From Octopus bimaculoides (taxonomy: Eukaryota), in assembly GCF_001194135.2 (NCBI RefSeq), contig NC_068995.1:53751882-53815881 (forward strand): a stretch of 64,000 nucleotides of DNA, in the 5' to 3' direction. The notes under the pieces were generated by a model. The model was not told where the DNA came from and did not search any database. It saw only the letters and a program-made list of their open reading frames with translations. Shown piece after piece: positions 26,411 to 39,618 of the stretch (positions are counted from its first letter, which is position 1; every line of letters starts with the position of its first letter). The position numbers and the translations under genes are program-made.

Positions 26411-27367
26411 TTCAAATTCAAAACTTTACCTCCATCAATAAATGTCATTTCTTTTTTTGTCGAAGGGGAGGTAATATCGTGCATAAAATACCGCTAATTT
26501 GTAACTCGTTGTCAAGTGCAATCTTTCAACCATGCTTCATTAGTCAATTAATGATGATCGATACGTTATTAATTAGAGATGACAGGGTCAGAAGATGTTA
26601 TTTCCAAAAGTTAATATTAAAAAAAGCATACAAACATATATAGATACACACACAAACGCATATATATTTATATATATATATGCAAAATATGCATGCATAT
26701 ATGTTTGTATATATGTGTGTATGTATAAAAAAACATTCAGTATAATACCCACATAATGATTTAGTTATTTGTCAGCATTTCGATTTGATCCGCTTTCAAT
26801 GACTAAATAATCCTTAGAATCATTTTACAGCCGTGTTTCGAATTATCTAAAAATTTCTCTTTACACAATCAAAGTGGTCGGTAATTTTAACTTTACAATT
26901 ATATCCTCACCGTTTCGTACACAATCCTGCTTTAGTTTCTCCTTCTCTCTCTCACACCCATCTTCTCTCTTTCATCTCTCTTCTCATCTTTCTTCCTCTC
27001 TTTCTCTCTCACTGTTTCCCCATCTTTTTCTCTCTCTCACCCCATCTCCCCCCTCTCTCTGTCTACCTTGCTCTTTTTTCCTTGCATAATCGTTCTGTAA
27101 TGTCGTGTTATTTATTGACATGATTTTTCACATATTCCAATAATCGTAGCCACACATGAATTTTCGTATCGAATTAAACAGGCGCACAACTATTCACACA
27201 TGCACACAAACGCACATACGAACACTGTGAGTCAACAATATTTCATATATTCCCGCGAACCTTAATTACACAAACGAGGTACTCAATACCGTTACATACT
27301 ACGGAATAACAGGATTTATTCAATGTTGAATTTGCATAGGAGTCGCTCCTGCCTGCCTGCTTGCCTT

Positions 27368-27399
<32 letters not shown>

Positions 27400-27648
27400 A
27401 CTGCACCTTCTCTATTTCTATTTATCTCTTTCTGCGATGACGCTGCTCTAGCAACACAATCAAGGTTCGCGATTTGACCCTTAGGAAAAGGACGTTGGGT
27501 GTGCGAATAGACATTGGATGTAAATGGGAGGTTTTTAAAAATTACCATAACGCTAAGAGGTTGTGCCGTGGCTCCAATAGAAACACCCGGTCATACAACC
27601 AAGTACTCACATACATACCAATATAAATCAGTACCGGATCATTAATGG

Positions 27649-27649
<1 letters not shown>

Positions 27650-27704
<55 letters not shown>

Positions 27705-27705
27705 G

Positions 27706-27744
<39 letters not shown>

Positions 27745-27900
27745 GTCTGTCTGTCTCTCTGTCTGCTTCCTGCCTGACTGTCTGTCTATCTATATATCTA
27801 TCTACCTATCTATCTAAATGTCTATCAATTAAGCAATCAATCTATCTATCTATCCATCTGTCTTTCTATCTGTCTGTATGTCTGTCTGTCTGTCTATTGG
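27650..27900. repeat. (TCTA)n/(TCTG)n tetranucleotide array
   Basis: Direct reading. Confidence 0.96.
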
Positions 27901-27902
27901 AT

Positions 27903-27985
27903 TAATCCTGCAACGGACAGGTGTCCCGTCCAGTTGGGGGTATACACACGCTACATAATCCGGGAAACCACAGTAAGGCGCTTCT
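27903..27985 (+). mobile_element. SINE fragment with a V-domain-like block (F4)
   Basis: CCTGCAACGGACAGGTGTCCCGTCCAG resembles the remembered V-SINE motif CCTGCGATGGACTGGCGTCC(T/C)GTCCAG. Confidence 0.4.
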
Positions 27986-29274
27986 GGATAGGGAATGACC
28001 TTTGACCCGGGTACTGTACTGACCAATATGACGACTCAGCGCACGTACGCACACACACACATACACATACACATACTCACATACTCGTACCTAACAGTAT
28101 TGATATATCCTACACACAGCCATGCATGCATACATACCTACGCACATACATTCATACATAACACACACACACATACAAACAGACGAACACACGAACACAC
28201 ACAAATACACACACATATATACACATGCCCGATGTCCTGTCGTTCAATCGATCAGATGTGGTTATATATATACACACATTGACACACATAGTTATATATA
28301 GATACACACATAGGAACGTACGCACAGGCGTACGTACATATATAAATGCATAACATACCCAGACAAGAATTTACTTATACATCACTATATTCTTCACACA
28401 TATATATAAAAAATATACACGACGTACGTACAATCTAGAATCTAGATGTATGCAGATATTTTTATATAAATCATATAATCTCGTAAGTTATCCTAAGTGT
28501 CAATAATGATGTGTGAATTTAACCGTTAACAAATCGTTAGTTTAAAACATAAAATTTGCCATTAATATCTTTCGCATTTGTCACATTCATTAGTGTGGAA
28601 ATACGAGTAGTGAAATGTGTGCGGAATTGGTGTAGACCGGGGAGGGAGATGCGTACTGAAAACTGTCATCATGGTTCTGAATAAAATTAATGATCCTGAG
28701 ACGATTGTATAGAAAATGAACAAATAAAAATATATAAAGAAATAAAGAAATCATATTATAAAAAAAAATATGCAAAATGTAAAATAAATATAAACAAATG
28801 ATCAGACAGAAAGCAAAAATAATATCATAAGACAACACATCCAGAAACGAATACACCATCGTAAAATGCACAATGTTTTGCTCGCTCCCAATCAATCAAT
28901 TTATCTATATACATAGGTACGTAGGTGTGTATATATGTGTGTGTGTATGTCTGTGTGTGTGTGTGTGTATGAGTATGTTTATATATATATATATATATAT
29001 ATATATNNNNNNNNNNNNNNNNNNNNNNNNNNNNNNNNNNNNNNNNNNNNNNNNNNNNNNNNNNNNNNNNNNNNNNNNNNNNNNNNNNNNNNNNNNNNNN
29101 NNNNNNNNNNNNNNNNNNNNNNNNNNNNNNNNNNNNNNNNNNNNNNNNNNNNNNNNNNNNNNNNNNNNNNNNNNNNNNNNNNNNNNNNNNNNNNNNNNNN
29201 NNNNNNNNNNNNNNNNNNNNNNNNNNNNNNNNNNNNNNNNNNNNNNNNNNNNNNNNNNNNNNNNNNNNNNNNNN

Positions 29275-29337
<63 letters not shown>

Positions 29338-30739
29338 GCTGACAGTCGTGAGATAGCATGCAAGATGTAAATAAAGAAAGTGGCATCGAGAGAGAGAATT
29401 GGTGAGTAAGAATCAAAGACAAAAGACACAGACGCAATATGAGACAAATAAAAATACACCAGAATCGTGTATGTCTAAGATATATGTTACCTCTTTTTTA
29501 CTTTACGTTCTGCAATTATTAATTGATGAAATTTTAGAAGTGCAATAGTCAGGACACGCAACTGTGAACCAATAAAGACCACAGCTGAATCATTCAACAT
29601 TTAGAGTTCAGTGACTCGTCGGAGGTAATTGTTCTTGTGCATGATTCAGGTGATTGCTTGGAGTAACGGAACCATTTATTATATATTTTATTAATTTTAT
29701 AACGGTGTTAGTGAACGTTAGCGTCCTTGGTTACAGTTTTACAACATGAACACTGCAAATATTGATCTACGATATTGTAAACGACGACAGTAATAAGAGG
29801 GTCTCTGTAAATTGGTGTATAGCAAATATTTCAAAGGAATTGGTCATAAAATAAGACACACACACACGCGCACACACAAAGAGACTCGTTCGTCGTTTGT
29901 CCTTATCGTTTGCCGATGAACATTGGCGATACTCACACACATAGACACATACATATACACATTCATATAAGTATATAATTATAAGCAATTAATGTATATA
30001 TATACATATATATATACATACATATATATATATATATATATNNNNNNNNNNTGCAACTGAAAAAATGTGATGCTGAGAACGCTTAACACAAGTGGCTAGA
30101 AGTGGTTTCTCCTTGAGCAGGAGGATATACATTAAAACAAACAATCTATAAGCAAAACATTTGGCATCCCTCGAAAAATATTAATCTTAAATAGAGAACC
30201 CTTGGCTGTAGTAGTAGTAGTAGTGACCGTGTTGGTAGTGTCCCCACACGTAAAACGCTTCCACGTGGACTCTGTTGACACCAGTAAGAAACAATTATGA
30301 ACTTTTCTTTTAATTACATTAAAAAAAAAATGTATTTTTGATAAGGTTCTCTGAGAAAATTAAAATTTATCGTATATATTGGCGTTTTCAAACTTCTTTA
30401 TATGTATATATATATATATATTGTCGATTTTGGACACAAACTCTTTGCGTCAGGTTTCTCTTACATTATTAGCCAATTTATAGCTTTAGCATATTTCACT
30501 CACCCAGGGGGCTTTATAGTGTTTTCGAACCAAAAACGGCGTAGTTGCAAAGTAAAATTCGTAACCACATAGGCATCCGTTTGAGAACAGCATATTACGA
30601 ATTGTATGTTATCATCCTTATAATAAATATTGTAGAAGAACGATCGAATCTTAGTGAAGACTCATCTAGTAATGTGACGTTCGTTCCATAACAGAAGTAA
30701 TTATGTGGTTTCTTTCTTTGTTCATTCGGCAGAGAAAAT

Positions 30740-31000
30740 TATCTATTCTAGAGAAAGTGTAAAGATGGTGTTGTGGCGCGCTTTGAGTCTCTCATGAAGG
30801 ATATACTTCATTTCATTTATACATGTAAGTCACAACTTTCATCTTTGCCAACTCCTTTGTTCCCAGTCAAAATAAAGCTTACAATGTAACTGGTATGCCC
30901 CGCCGCTGCACAAGCCGTACTTTCCAGAAAGTCTATTCTGCATGAAGACTACGATTTCAGACTGCATTCATATCATATAATTTTCTCAGCCAATACAATT
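30740..31000 (+). mobile_element. Decayed RTE-like APE endonuclease remnant
   Basis: KDGVVARFESLMKDILHFIYTCKSQLSSLPTPL resembles GV.F.I..SL...I..F...S.RL.SLRLPL; a frameshifted WYAP follows (APE YAP motif). Confidence 0.4.
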
Positions 31001-31759
31001 GAATTTGACATGAAAATCACGATTTTATAACATCTCCGATCCTGACAGAAAAAAATATGGCTTTTGTTGCACCAACAAAAGGAGCTTCTCTATGCCTGTT
31101 CGACCTGCTAGAAATAACCATTAAATCTCTTTTTACAACCTTAAATATGGCATGGATGGGTTAGATAATATAATAGTACAGCCAAAAAGGAAACGCATTA
31201 GGATATGGGATTCAAATTATACAAGAAAACAGGATGGTTGGGGCTAGAATGATTTGATGATATTTGAGGACGAGGTGGCCCGATCTGTTACAAAACAACA
31301 ACACCAACAATTACTTGGTCTTATATCAAGTGCAATGAAGGTGCTGTATTAAAATGAGAGTAACGAGCTGGCTGAATGAGTAGATAATCGCAATACGTGT
31401 ATGTACTGATTTCATTTGCTTTCGTTTTCCTTCAGATTGCACCAGTGATATCTGTGAATTATCATATCTTCCGAAACCCATTAACTGAATTACGGTCATA
31501 TGTTATGTTTTATTCGATTACCTGAGAACATTAATTTACAGAATTTAAATTTTATATTCTTTTCACAATATATATATGAGTAAAAATGTACTTCACCATT
31601 ATGAAATTAGTATGAATGTAATTAACCGTTGAAATTCCTCTTTGCCTTCATTACTGAAATTGCAGACATAAAGACCGAATGAAATTTAATTCTGTAACGA
31701 GGAAACGAACGTATAGAATAATAGGCAGCTGACCAAGATATATCATGATTCGCCAGCGC

Positions 31760-31792
<33 letters not shown>

Positions 31793-33288
31793 NNNNNNNN
31801 NNNNNNNNNNNNNNNNNNNNNNNNNNNNNNNNNNNNNNNNNNNNNNNNNNNNNNNNNNNNNNNNNNNNNNNNNNNNNNNNNNNNNNNNNNNNNNNNNNNN
31901 NNNNNNNNNNNNNNNNNNNNNNNNNNNNNNNNNNNNNNNNNNNNNNNNNNNNNNNNNNNNNATATATAATCGGAACAGAGCAATTTAATGGAAGCTGGTG
32001 GCGAGTAGGAAGCCCTTAACTAAATATTAATCTCTAGGTTAGTCTTCAGATCAACTTAAGCCTTTTTCTGAAACACCTGTCGTACTTGATTTCCGCTATT
32101 ATGCAAATATGTCATGTACAAGAAATGTGCTTGCCAAAACGAGCCGCTACTTTATGAGAAATTGTAAAACTAGCTATTGATAAAATAATTAGACCAAACT
32201 GATTTTACTCCTGGTTTCCAAGACTTTGTAACAATAGAGTGCTTGAATGGTGGAATCTGTAGAGCGATGGACTTAACACGTTAGGTTCTTTACGCTTTTC
32301 ATATTTCAAATCTCACAAATGTTCATCATATCCGTCATCTTATCTGGATCGATAAAATAAGTATTAGCCACGTACTGGTGCTAATTTAAACAACTGTAGC
32401 CTCATGTCAAACGTATTTCCTTATGTAAGAGTTAGAAATTACTATTGGGCCGTAGTTAATTTATTTAATTGTATTAAGCGGCGAATTCTTCGCAATATGT
32501 ATGAATGCCTGTATTTTCCATTACTCATTTTCTGAATTATTAATTATTTGTCATTAGTTAACAACTTCCTCGGCAATTTACTTCAAACTATCCATTATAA
32601 TATGTGAAATTTAGATCTATAGTGCAGTTGTCGAACGTAATGCATTATTTATAGATGGTCATGAAGAGAGGGAGATAATTTCTCTTAGATGAGGAAAGTG
32701 AAATTGCGATGTGCATGTCAGCTTCATAGATTTACCGATGCATGAGGACTAGACGAAAATTGCTTCATCAGAGTATTTAAACATTGATATTGATATACGG
32801 ACATATAATGATACGTTGTTTTCGTTTGATAGAATCTTGAGTCTCACATTTCCTGACGGAGAGAGGTGGGAAATGGAGGGTAGTTCCTTCTTATTGATTT
32901 CATTTCATAATTTGTGAAATTGTATTCGGTTAATACTGTACACACTTATTCATTGTGAATTGCAAGGCCAGTAGAGTTACATGCGTCTTACATTTGAATA
33001 CACCACGACAGATACTCCAATAATTCGGTGCAGAGTCGCATATTGGCGGAACTGAGTGTTCTAGTGTCTCCCAAACCTTCGAGTGTTACTATCGTGCTTT
33101 ACACTCAAGTGAAGTCTTTTTGCATTTTTTCCCAGTTAGTATCTATGCCAAGTGGCAGTTATTCACATTATACCATTCCTAATATTATCGAACTAGATAG
33201 TAAATGGTTCTTTCTTCTCAAATTCTTTTTCATCATCTTACTTGTTGCAGTATCAGCCGCAAGATAAGTCCAGTAGTCTAATTAAAGA

Positions 33289-33336
<48 letters not shown>

Positions 33337-33344
33337 AAAAAACA

Positions 33345-33575
33345 AACTTAGATAAAAAATTAGATGTGTTTCGACCAAAGATTGGTCCAGGCCATGTCTA
33401 TCTTAATACCACCACCTGACGGGATTATCTAAATCCTTTATAAGCCATGTTTCCTTTATGGTCCATTCAGCTAGTGAGTTCTTGTTGAGTGAGTTGTATC
33501 CAGGTATGGGTGGCTTATGTGTTATTCCTTGAAAAAATCTGTTCAGACTCCGTTTAAAGGTGATGGGATCCGCAT
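33345..33575 (-). mobile_element. CR1/L2-group LINE 3' end
   Basis: Minus frame [36 protein letters not shown] resembles the C-terminal FK..LD.FL..IPD.P..PGY.S.N.NSL..W motif; short 3' UTR with GGTCGAAAC follows; 5' side is bounded by a (TA)-rich microsatellite. Confidence 0.6.
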
Positions 33576-33694
33576 ATATATATTTGTACATATATATGTA
33601 TATATATATATTTGTATATATAAATGTATATGTATATATGTATATATATGTGCATATATATGCATATATATATATGTATGTATATGTATGTATG

Positions 33695-33730
<36 letters not shown>

Positions 33731-34796
33731 TATACACATGCATATCTCAGCCTTGCAAATGAAGTGAATACATGAGCAAATGAAACAGTGGTATTGTCTT
33801 TCAATGCTCGTTACCTCATACATCTGTTTTATAGTTTGGAAACTATTCGCCCCTTAAATTTTAAAGTTGAATATTATTATTCACATATATTCTTTTCAAC
33901 ATACTATTTCCAGAGTAATTACTGTATAAAGGAAATATTTAGATAAAGTATTTTCCCAGTAACTGCTACTATGTGATTTAGAAAGAGTGCGTTACTATAG
34001 TTAATACCCGGCTGTGTCATTGTTGTATTTTCTTGATGCTTCGGTTATTATTTGAGCTATTGTCTTCTACACTTACAGATATTTTATCTTTCATCTCAAT
34101 CTATAATTGAACAGAAAAATGTCTCCCTTTCTTTCAAAAGCCACTCTAATGAATATGATTATATGACTAGTCTTAATCGCAGAATGAAAGGAATTTCTGA
34201 GTGTTTTACTATGATAAATACGCCATATTGTTCTTATATCTTTCTCATATTCTTTCACCGAAGTTGTGTCGATTCTTTTATCTCGCTTTTCTCCTCTTTT
34301 TCTGTATCCCCTTTACTGCTGAGTAAATATTTTCTATTGATTTATGCACATTGTTGCAAAATCTTTCTATTCGTTACTCTAATAGCTTACCGCTGAGAAA
34401 GATATCAAGAAATCAACCTAGCGAACTTTCTAAGACTTGCTACTCTCCAATAAAGCCCCAACCAACCTAATATATACAACACTAGCCGAGCAATTAAGAT
34501 AAGGAATCCAACAGACACTATTTTTATGTTTATTTGTTTATTCATTTATATATATATAGACGTACACGTACATATAATGCATGTACATATATATATATAN
34601 NNNNNNNNNNNNNNNNNNNNNNNNNNNNNNNNNNNNNNNNNNNNNNNNNNNNNNNNNNNNNNNNNNNNNNNNNNNNNNNNNNNNNNNNNNNNNNNNNNTA
34701 TATTATATACATATATATATATATATATGTATGTATATGCATATGTATATATATATATATTGTATATATATATGGATATATATTTCGGTATAGATT

Positions 34797-34835
<39 letters not shown>

Positions 34836-35799
34836 CGTATGTGTGTGTACGTTTGTGTATACATCTATATATGTATGCATTTATTTATTTATTCAGCTAA
34901 ACAATGTACGATTCAATACCACTTCATACTTTCACAATGAATTTTGATGCAAAGGTTACTTCGCTTTAAGATATTTTCTTTCTATTTTAGAAGCCGCAGA
35001 CGAACAAGTTGGAAACACTGTCATAAAGTAGAAATATCTTTTGAATTTGTTACAAAAATAAAAGTTGGAAAAGTTTTTAGTTTAACTTCTTATACAAACA
35101 CAACAGATGACAAATATAACATTTTTTAAATACATTATTGAATCGTTAAAGTGACTCTTACACTAAAATGTAATTGTTTCAGGTTCAACACACGGTCTGA
35201 GACCAATTTACTTATGAAACATATACAATTCCGAAATACATACATTCATTCATTCATACTCACATACGCATAGATGTGTGTGCGCGTGCGCGTGCGCGTG
35301 TGAAAGAGTGACGGATAAGTAAAGTGAGACAATGTGAGATAAACTTGTTACTCTCCCATAATGTTGTGGCAAAATCGTGTTGCCGAAATTTGCTTTCGTT
35401 ATAAACCAAGCTAAACCTATTTATTCCATGAGATGTCAAGCTTCAAATCTATAAACGATATAACATTTATTTTCTTTTTTGCTGATTACTGCCTATATTT
35501 TAGTGAAAGCCAAACAGAAGTGTTACTATATTCACATCCTTCCACAAGTATTTAATCAGTTTATATGAACTGAAAGGGATTCTAAAAAGTTCGAAGTTAG
35601 AGTATACATTATATTGTTCGTTGTTGTTATCGTTGTTCTCGATTCACCACGGATATCTTGAAATAAGACGACGAGGATAAAATCGCATTAAAGCGAGATT
35701 AGAAAAGTATATTAGAAAATGTGCAATTCAGAAATGTTGCCTTCTCGTTTAAGAGATGATTGAATGCTGTTTGTTGCCAGTCCAGCGACTGCATATAGT

Positions 35800-36400
35800 A
35801 TTATTTGAACCCAGCGGTCGATATTGTTACTTAGATGCTCGTCGCGCTCAACGTATATTTTCCCATCTTCTCTTCGAAGAAAGTGAAATATCTAAAGGAA
35901 TATAATTTTCTACTGCTTGACCACCACAACATAAATTCAACCAAGAAGACCATCACATAGCAGGCATGTAGATTCTTCAGTGGGGCCGCTACAAAAGCCG
36001 TCAAGGTGGATGCAGTAGGAATGCGACGGTTATTTCTCGTACTTTCTTGGCAGTACTTTTCATCTCAACACAATGCAGACAATGAGGATATTGATATGGC
36101 AGCTATTTCTTTGTCTATATGTAGTTTTTTGTTAATCTCGGAAGAGTGGGAGAGATCATAATATTGAATGCTAAAGTAGAGCTGTGGAAGAATATACATG
36201 TGAGAGAGGTTGTTTATCACACGATGATGAGTACCGTGTCATTTGATGATTCTTGCTGTAGCATCAGGAACGACGATATTGTTCAGATCACCAACTCAGG
36301 CCACAATAACAAACTCAAATATGGAAAAGTGCTCATGAGATATTTCTCGAAAATCAGCTACGAAATAGCATAGAAAGTCAACAGAAACACTAAGCACAAA
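35800..36400 (+). mobile_element. Decayed RTE-like RT/C-terminal remnant
   Basis: Collinear frameshifted motifs INSTKKT, FSY.LGST, LW.N..VREVVY match RTE IN.KKT / F.YLGST / LW...I..K..VY. Confidence 0.5.
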
Positions 36401-37074
36401 TATGAAATTACGTGGGTTTCCACTTCGAGCAAAATTTTTCTCCCGTCTTCCTACTGCCGTAAGCTCTCAATTCAATCTATTTGGAAATTTAAAAATATGG
36501 ATATCCAAAATGTTTTAGTCAGACAGAGAGACGCACACATCATACACAAACACAGCAAAGACACGCCGATATCACATTGAGTCTGAAGGAATTATTGCTT
36601 GCCTCAATATTCACAACTACTCGTACCACTGCTGTACGGACGTTCACTGAATCTGTGACGTCAAATTGTGCGCTGAAATGATTTTTTTTATCGCAATATC
36701 ACTATATAAACATATAGGATTGAATTCATGAAAGCTAATATTAGAAACAGATTTTATGTAAATACTTAACAGAAATGGAAACGATTTGTATGTGTGATAA
36801 AACAGAGGTGACTTTGATAGCTAATGACCTTTTACATTGCTGGCGTATCAGTATAAAGATAGGTCACACATGGTGTCAATAGAGGTTAGAAGGATATTTG
36901 TAGACATATTAGTTATCTGTTGTCTAGGAGGTAGAGTGTGTTTTTTTTAAAAAAAACATTGGTTATAGTGATTATATTGACATAGAAATAAATAGCATCA
37001 AATCACAAAAAAAATAATGTTCGTACAAGCAAGTTGTCATATCTTAGACGTAGACATCAAAATCAATGAGGGAA

Positions 37075-37250
37075 TATGATGATGGTGAAGACATTGGCGA
37101 CATGGAGAATAAATATCGAACGTTTCAGACAAGACGATAAGAAAATTATAGAAAATGATAATGACGCCGTATTGACGTATTGGCAAGAGACCGGAAACCG
37201 TTTGTTTTTTCGTGTTGGTCTATTAAGAGTGTTGCGATAAATCCCGTTCA
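37075..37250 (+). mobile_element. LINE APE N-terminal remnant
   Basis: TLATWRINIERFRQDDKKIIENDNDAVLTYWQET resembles IATWNV.......IIE...DI...QET. Confidence 0.35.
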
Positions 37251-38254
37251 AATCGATAGAAATATAGCATTTTCCTCTTCGCTAAAAACTGAAATAAAAT
37301 CCCAATCGCCGCCATGACTTATATGTTATAACAATAGACTCGTCTTTTTAAACATAATGATCACAAAAAATTGGCTATTTTCATCACAACAAAACTTTTG
37401 ATGTTTAAAACACCAACATACTTGGAAGATTAAGTTTCATATATTTGTCGATTTACACTTTTCTTGTCGACAGCAGATCAGACAGAAAGAAAATAAACAG
37501 CAAAACGTAATGTGAGTTTACAAATCTCAGCTATTATTAGGAATATCAGTAATATGAGTGAGGCAATTACCTTAGAATAGCGTTCTGTTTATAAATACAT
37601 AAAAAAAGGTAGATTATCTAAGCAGTTAGTAGACAAAAACACCCATANNNNNNNNNNTATATATATATATATTGTGTGTGTGTCTGTGAGTGTGTAGTTT
37701 ATATATTGTTGATTTATAGCGATGAGAAAACCGATAAGCCAATGGTTTCGGAAATAAATTCCTTGCGGAATTCGTTCCAACCGAGTTGTACGGCCACACA
37801 CTTATGATTCTCCCCATAGCAAGTCGTAAACGCAATGAACCAGTATAAATTGTATTAATCTAACCCACGCTGTGCTCTACCTCAGCCACTTTGAAATTGC
37901 AAAGGAAACAATTTGTGTTCTACCTGTTCTCCCTAAATTAAATAATGATTCCTTCCATAGGACAGGCTCCTGAATTTACTGCTTCAGTAGGAAATCAGTT
38001 TATTTAACGATAATCTATTACGGGTAGTTACTTCATCGGTCCAGGGGAGATGAACGCTAAATCAGATTTCAACAGGATGATGTAAATGAAGATAACTGGA
38101 TAATTCTTTCTAAGTTTCTATACAAGAATATCTAAGCAATGCGTTCAGTCGAGCGCTATGCTGCTTCAGATACATCGGGAAGATCAAATGAAGAAAGTCT
38201 TCTTTTCCAACCTCTAAATTTCATATTCTTTATCTATAAAGGAAATCATTTATC

Positions 38255-38304
<50 letters not shown>

Positions 38305-39236
38305 CATACATATATGTACATATATACATGCGTAAGAATGTATGCATTTACGTAAGTATGTATGCATGTATGTATGCATGTATGTATGTTTGAATGTGTG
38401 TATGTATGGATGTATCTATGTATATATGTGTCTGCGTGTGTACTCGCGCATACAAGGCTCGAACACTTCTTTTTACATACTGAAATACATGCACACATTT
38501 ACTCCGAAACAACTTTTACATGTTCGTTTGTCATTTCAACACCGAAGTTGGAGAGCGCTGATACAAGTGCTGCTTACATGTCACTACAAAAATAATCCTG
38601 CGAAATAAAACGTGCTATAACAAGGATCATTGAAATTGTGTGCAAGGAAAAAGTCTTTCGATAAGAGATATTTCGTTCCACCATTCAATTAAAATCAAAA
38701 TTCGTCTAACATGAATCTTTCTAGCAAATCATTCCTTCATTGATATGTCAGTATTTATGATCATGTAATAGAAAAATGTCGAATAAAGTTGGGAAAAATT
38801 ATTCTAATGGGTGGAGTAGAAATTATCAGTTAGGTTTTATGTCTAATATGAGCTTATAGGGGACAAGAATAATGAAGTATTGCCAAATACGGATTTAAAA
38901 TTACATTACATGAAAATTGTGTATGTATTGAATATGTGAGTACAGGAATTGTGTTTATTCTAAATGCTTATGAAAATGCACAGGTATCTCCGAGATATGA
39001 AAATGAAAGTTTTCGTGTCAACGGATATTCTTTGGGAAAACGGAGAAAAATGGCATTAATGGTTTATATAGGCCATTTAAACATAACGGCCTTTCTATTT
39101 TGAAAGGTTTTAAACTCATTATTAAGTGGAGAATCTTTATAATAAAAATTGAAATGAAATTTCATCTTTGATCTGACCTGAATGCATACACCATTCGGGA
39201 CTCTGCAAAACTGAAGTCGATATTAAGAACTAGTCT

Positions 39237-39436
39237 AAGATGGCGATCTGGCAGACAAGATGCTTACTGGCATTTCGTCCGTCTTTACATTCTCAGTTCA
39301 AATTCTGCTGAGGTCGACTTTGCCATTCGTTGTTTCGGAGATGATAAGATAGGTACCAGTTGAGCGCTGGGGTCGTTTCAATGGACTTATCTCCTCCTCG
39401 CAAATGTCAGGCCTTGTACCTATATTGGAAACGATA
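39237..39436 (+). mobile_element. F1 SINE (left arm of tail-to-tail pair)
   Basis: AAGATGGCGATCTGGCAGA...CAGTTCAAATTCTGCTGAGGTCGACTTTGCC...GTACCAGTTGAGCGCTGGGGTCG...GGCCTTGTACC...GAAACGATAT. Confidence 0.87.
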
Positions 39437-39618
39437 TTGGTTTCAAATTTTAGCACAAGGACAGCAATTTCGGGGGTAAGTCAATTGCAACGACCCCAGT
39501 GCTCAACTGATACTCATTCCATCGACCGTGAAAGAATAAAAGGAAAAGATGACCTCGACGGACGATATGTGATGAGTATTTTGTTCGGCGTGCTAACGAT
39601 TCTGCCATCTCGCCTCTT
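39434..39618 (-). mobile_element. F1 SINE (right arm of tail-to-tail pair)
   Basis: GCACAAGG...CGACCCCAGTGCTCAACTG...ATCGACC...GACCTCGACGG...GTGCTAACGATTCTGCCATCTCGCC; internal deletion covering the B-box. Confidence 0.87.

Noticed and set aside
25568-26497. His/Gln/Ser/Thr-rich ORFs suggesting a transcription-factor low-complexity exon
   Set aside because: No frame stays open through the block, and there is no folded domain or splice context.
30845-30880. Minus-strand ILTGNKGVGK resembling a P-loop
   Set aside because: It is followed by Asp rather than Ser/Thr, a stop follows within a few codons, and it is antisense to an APE remnant.
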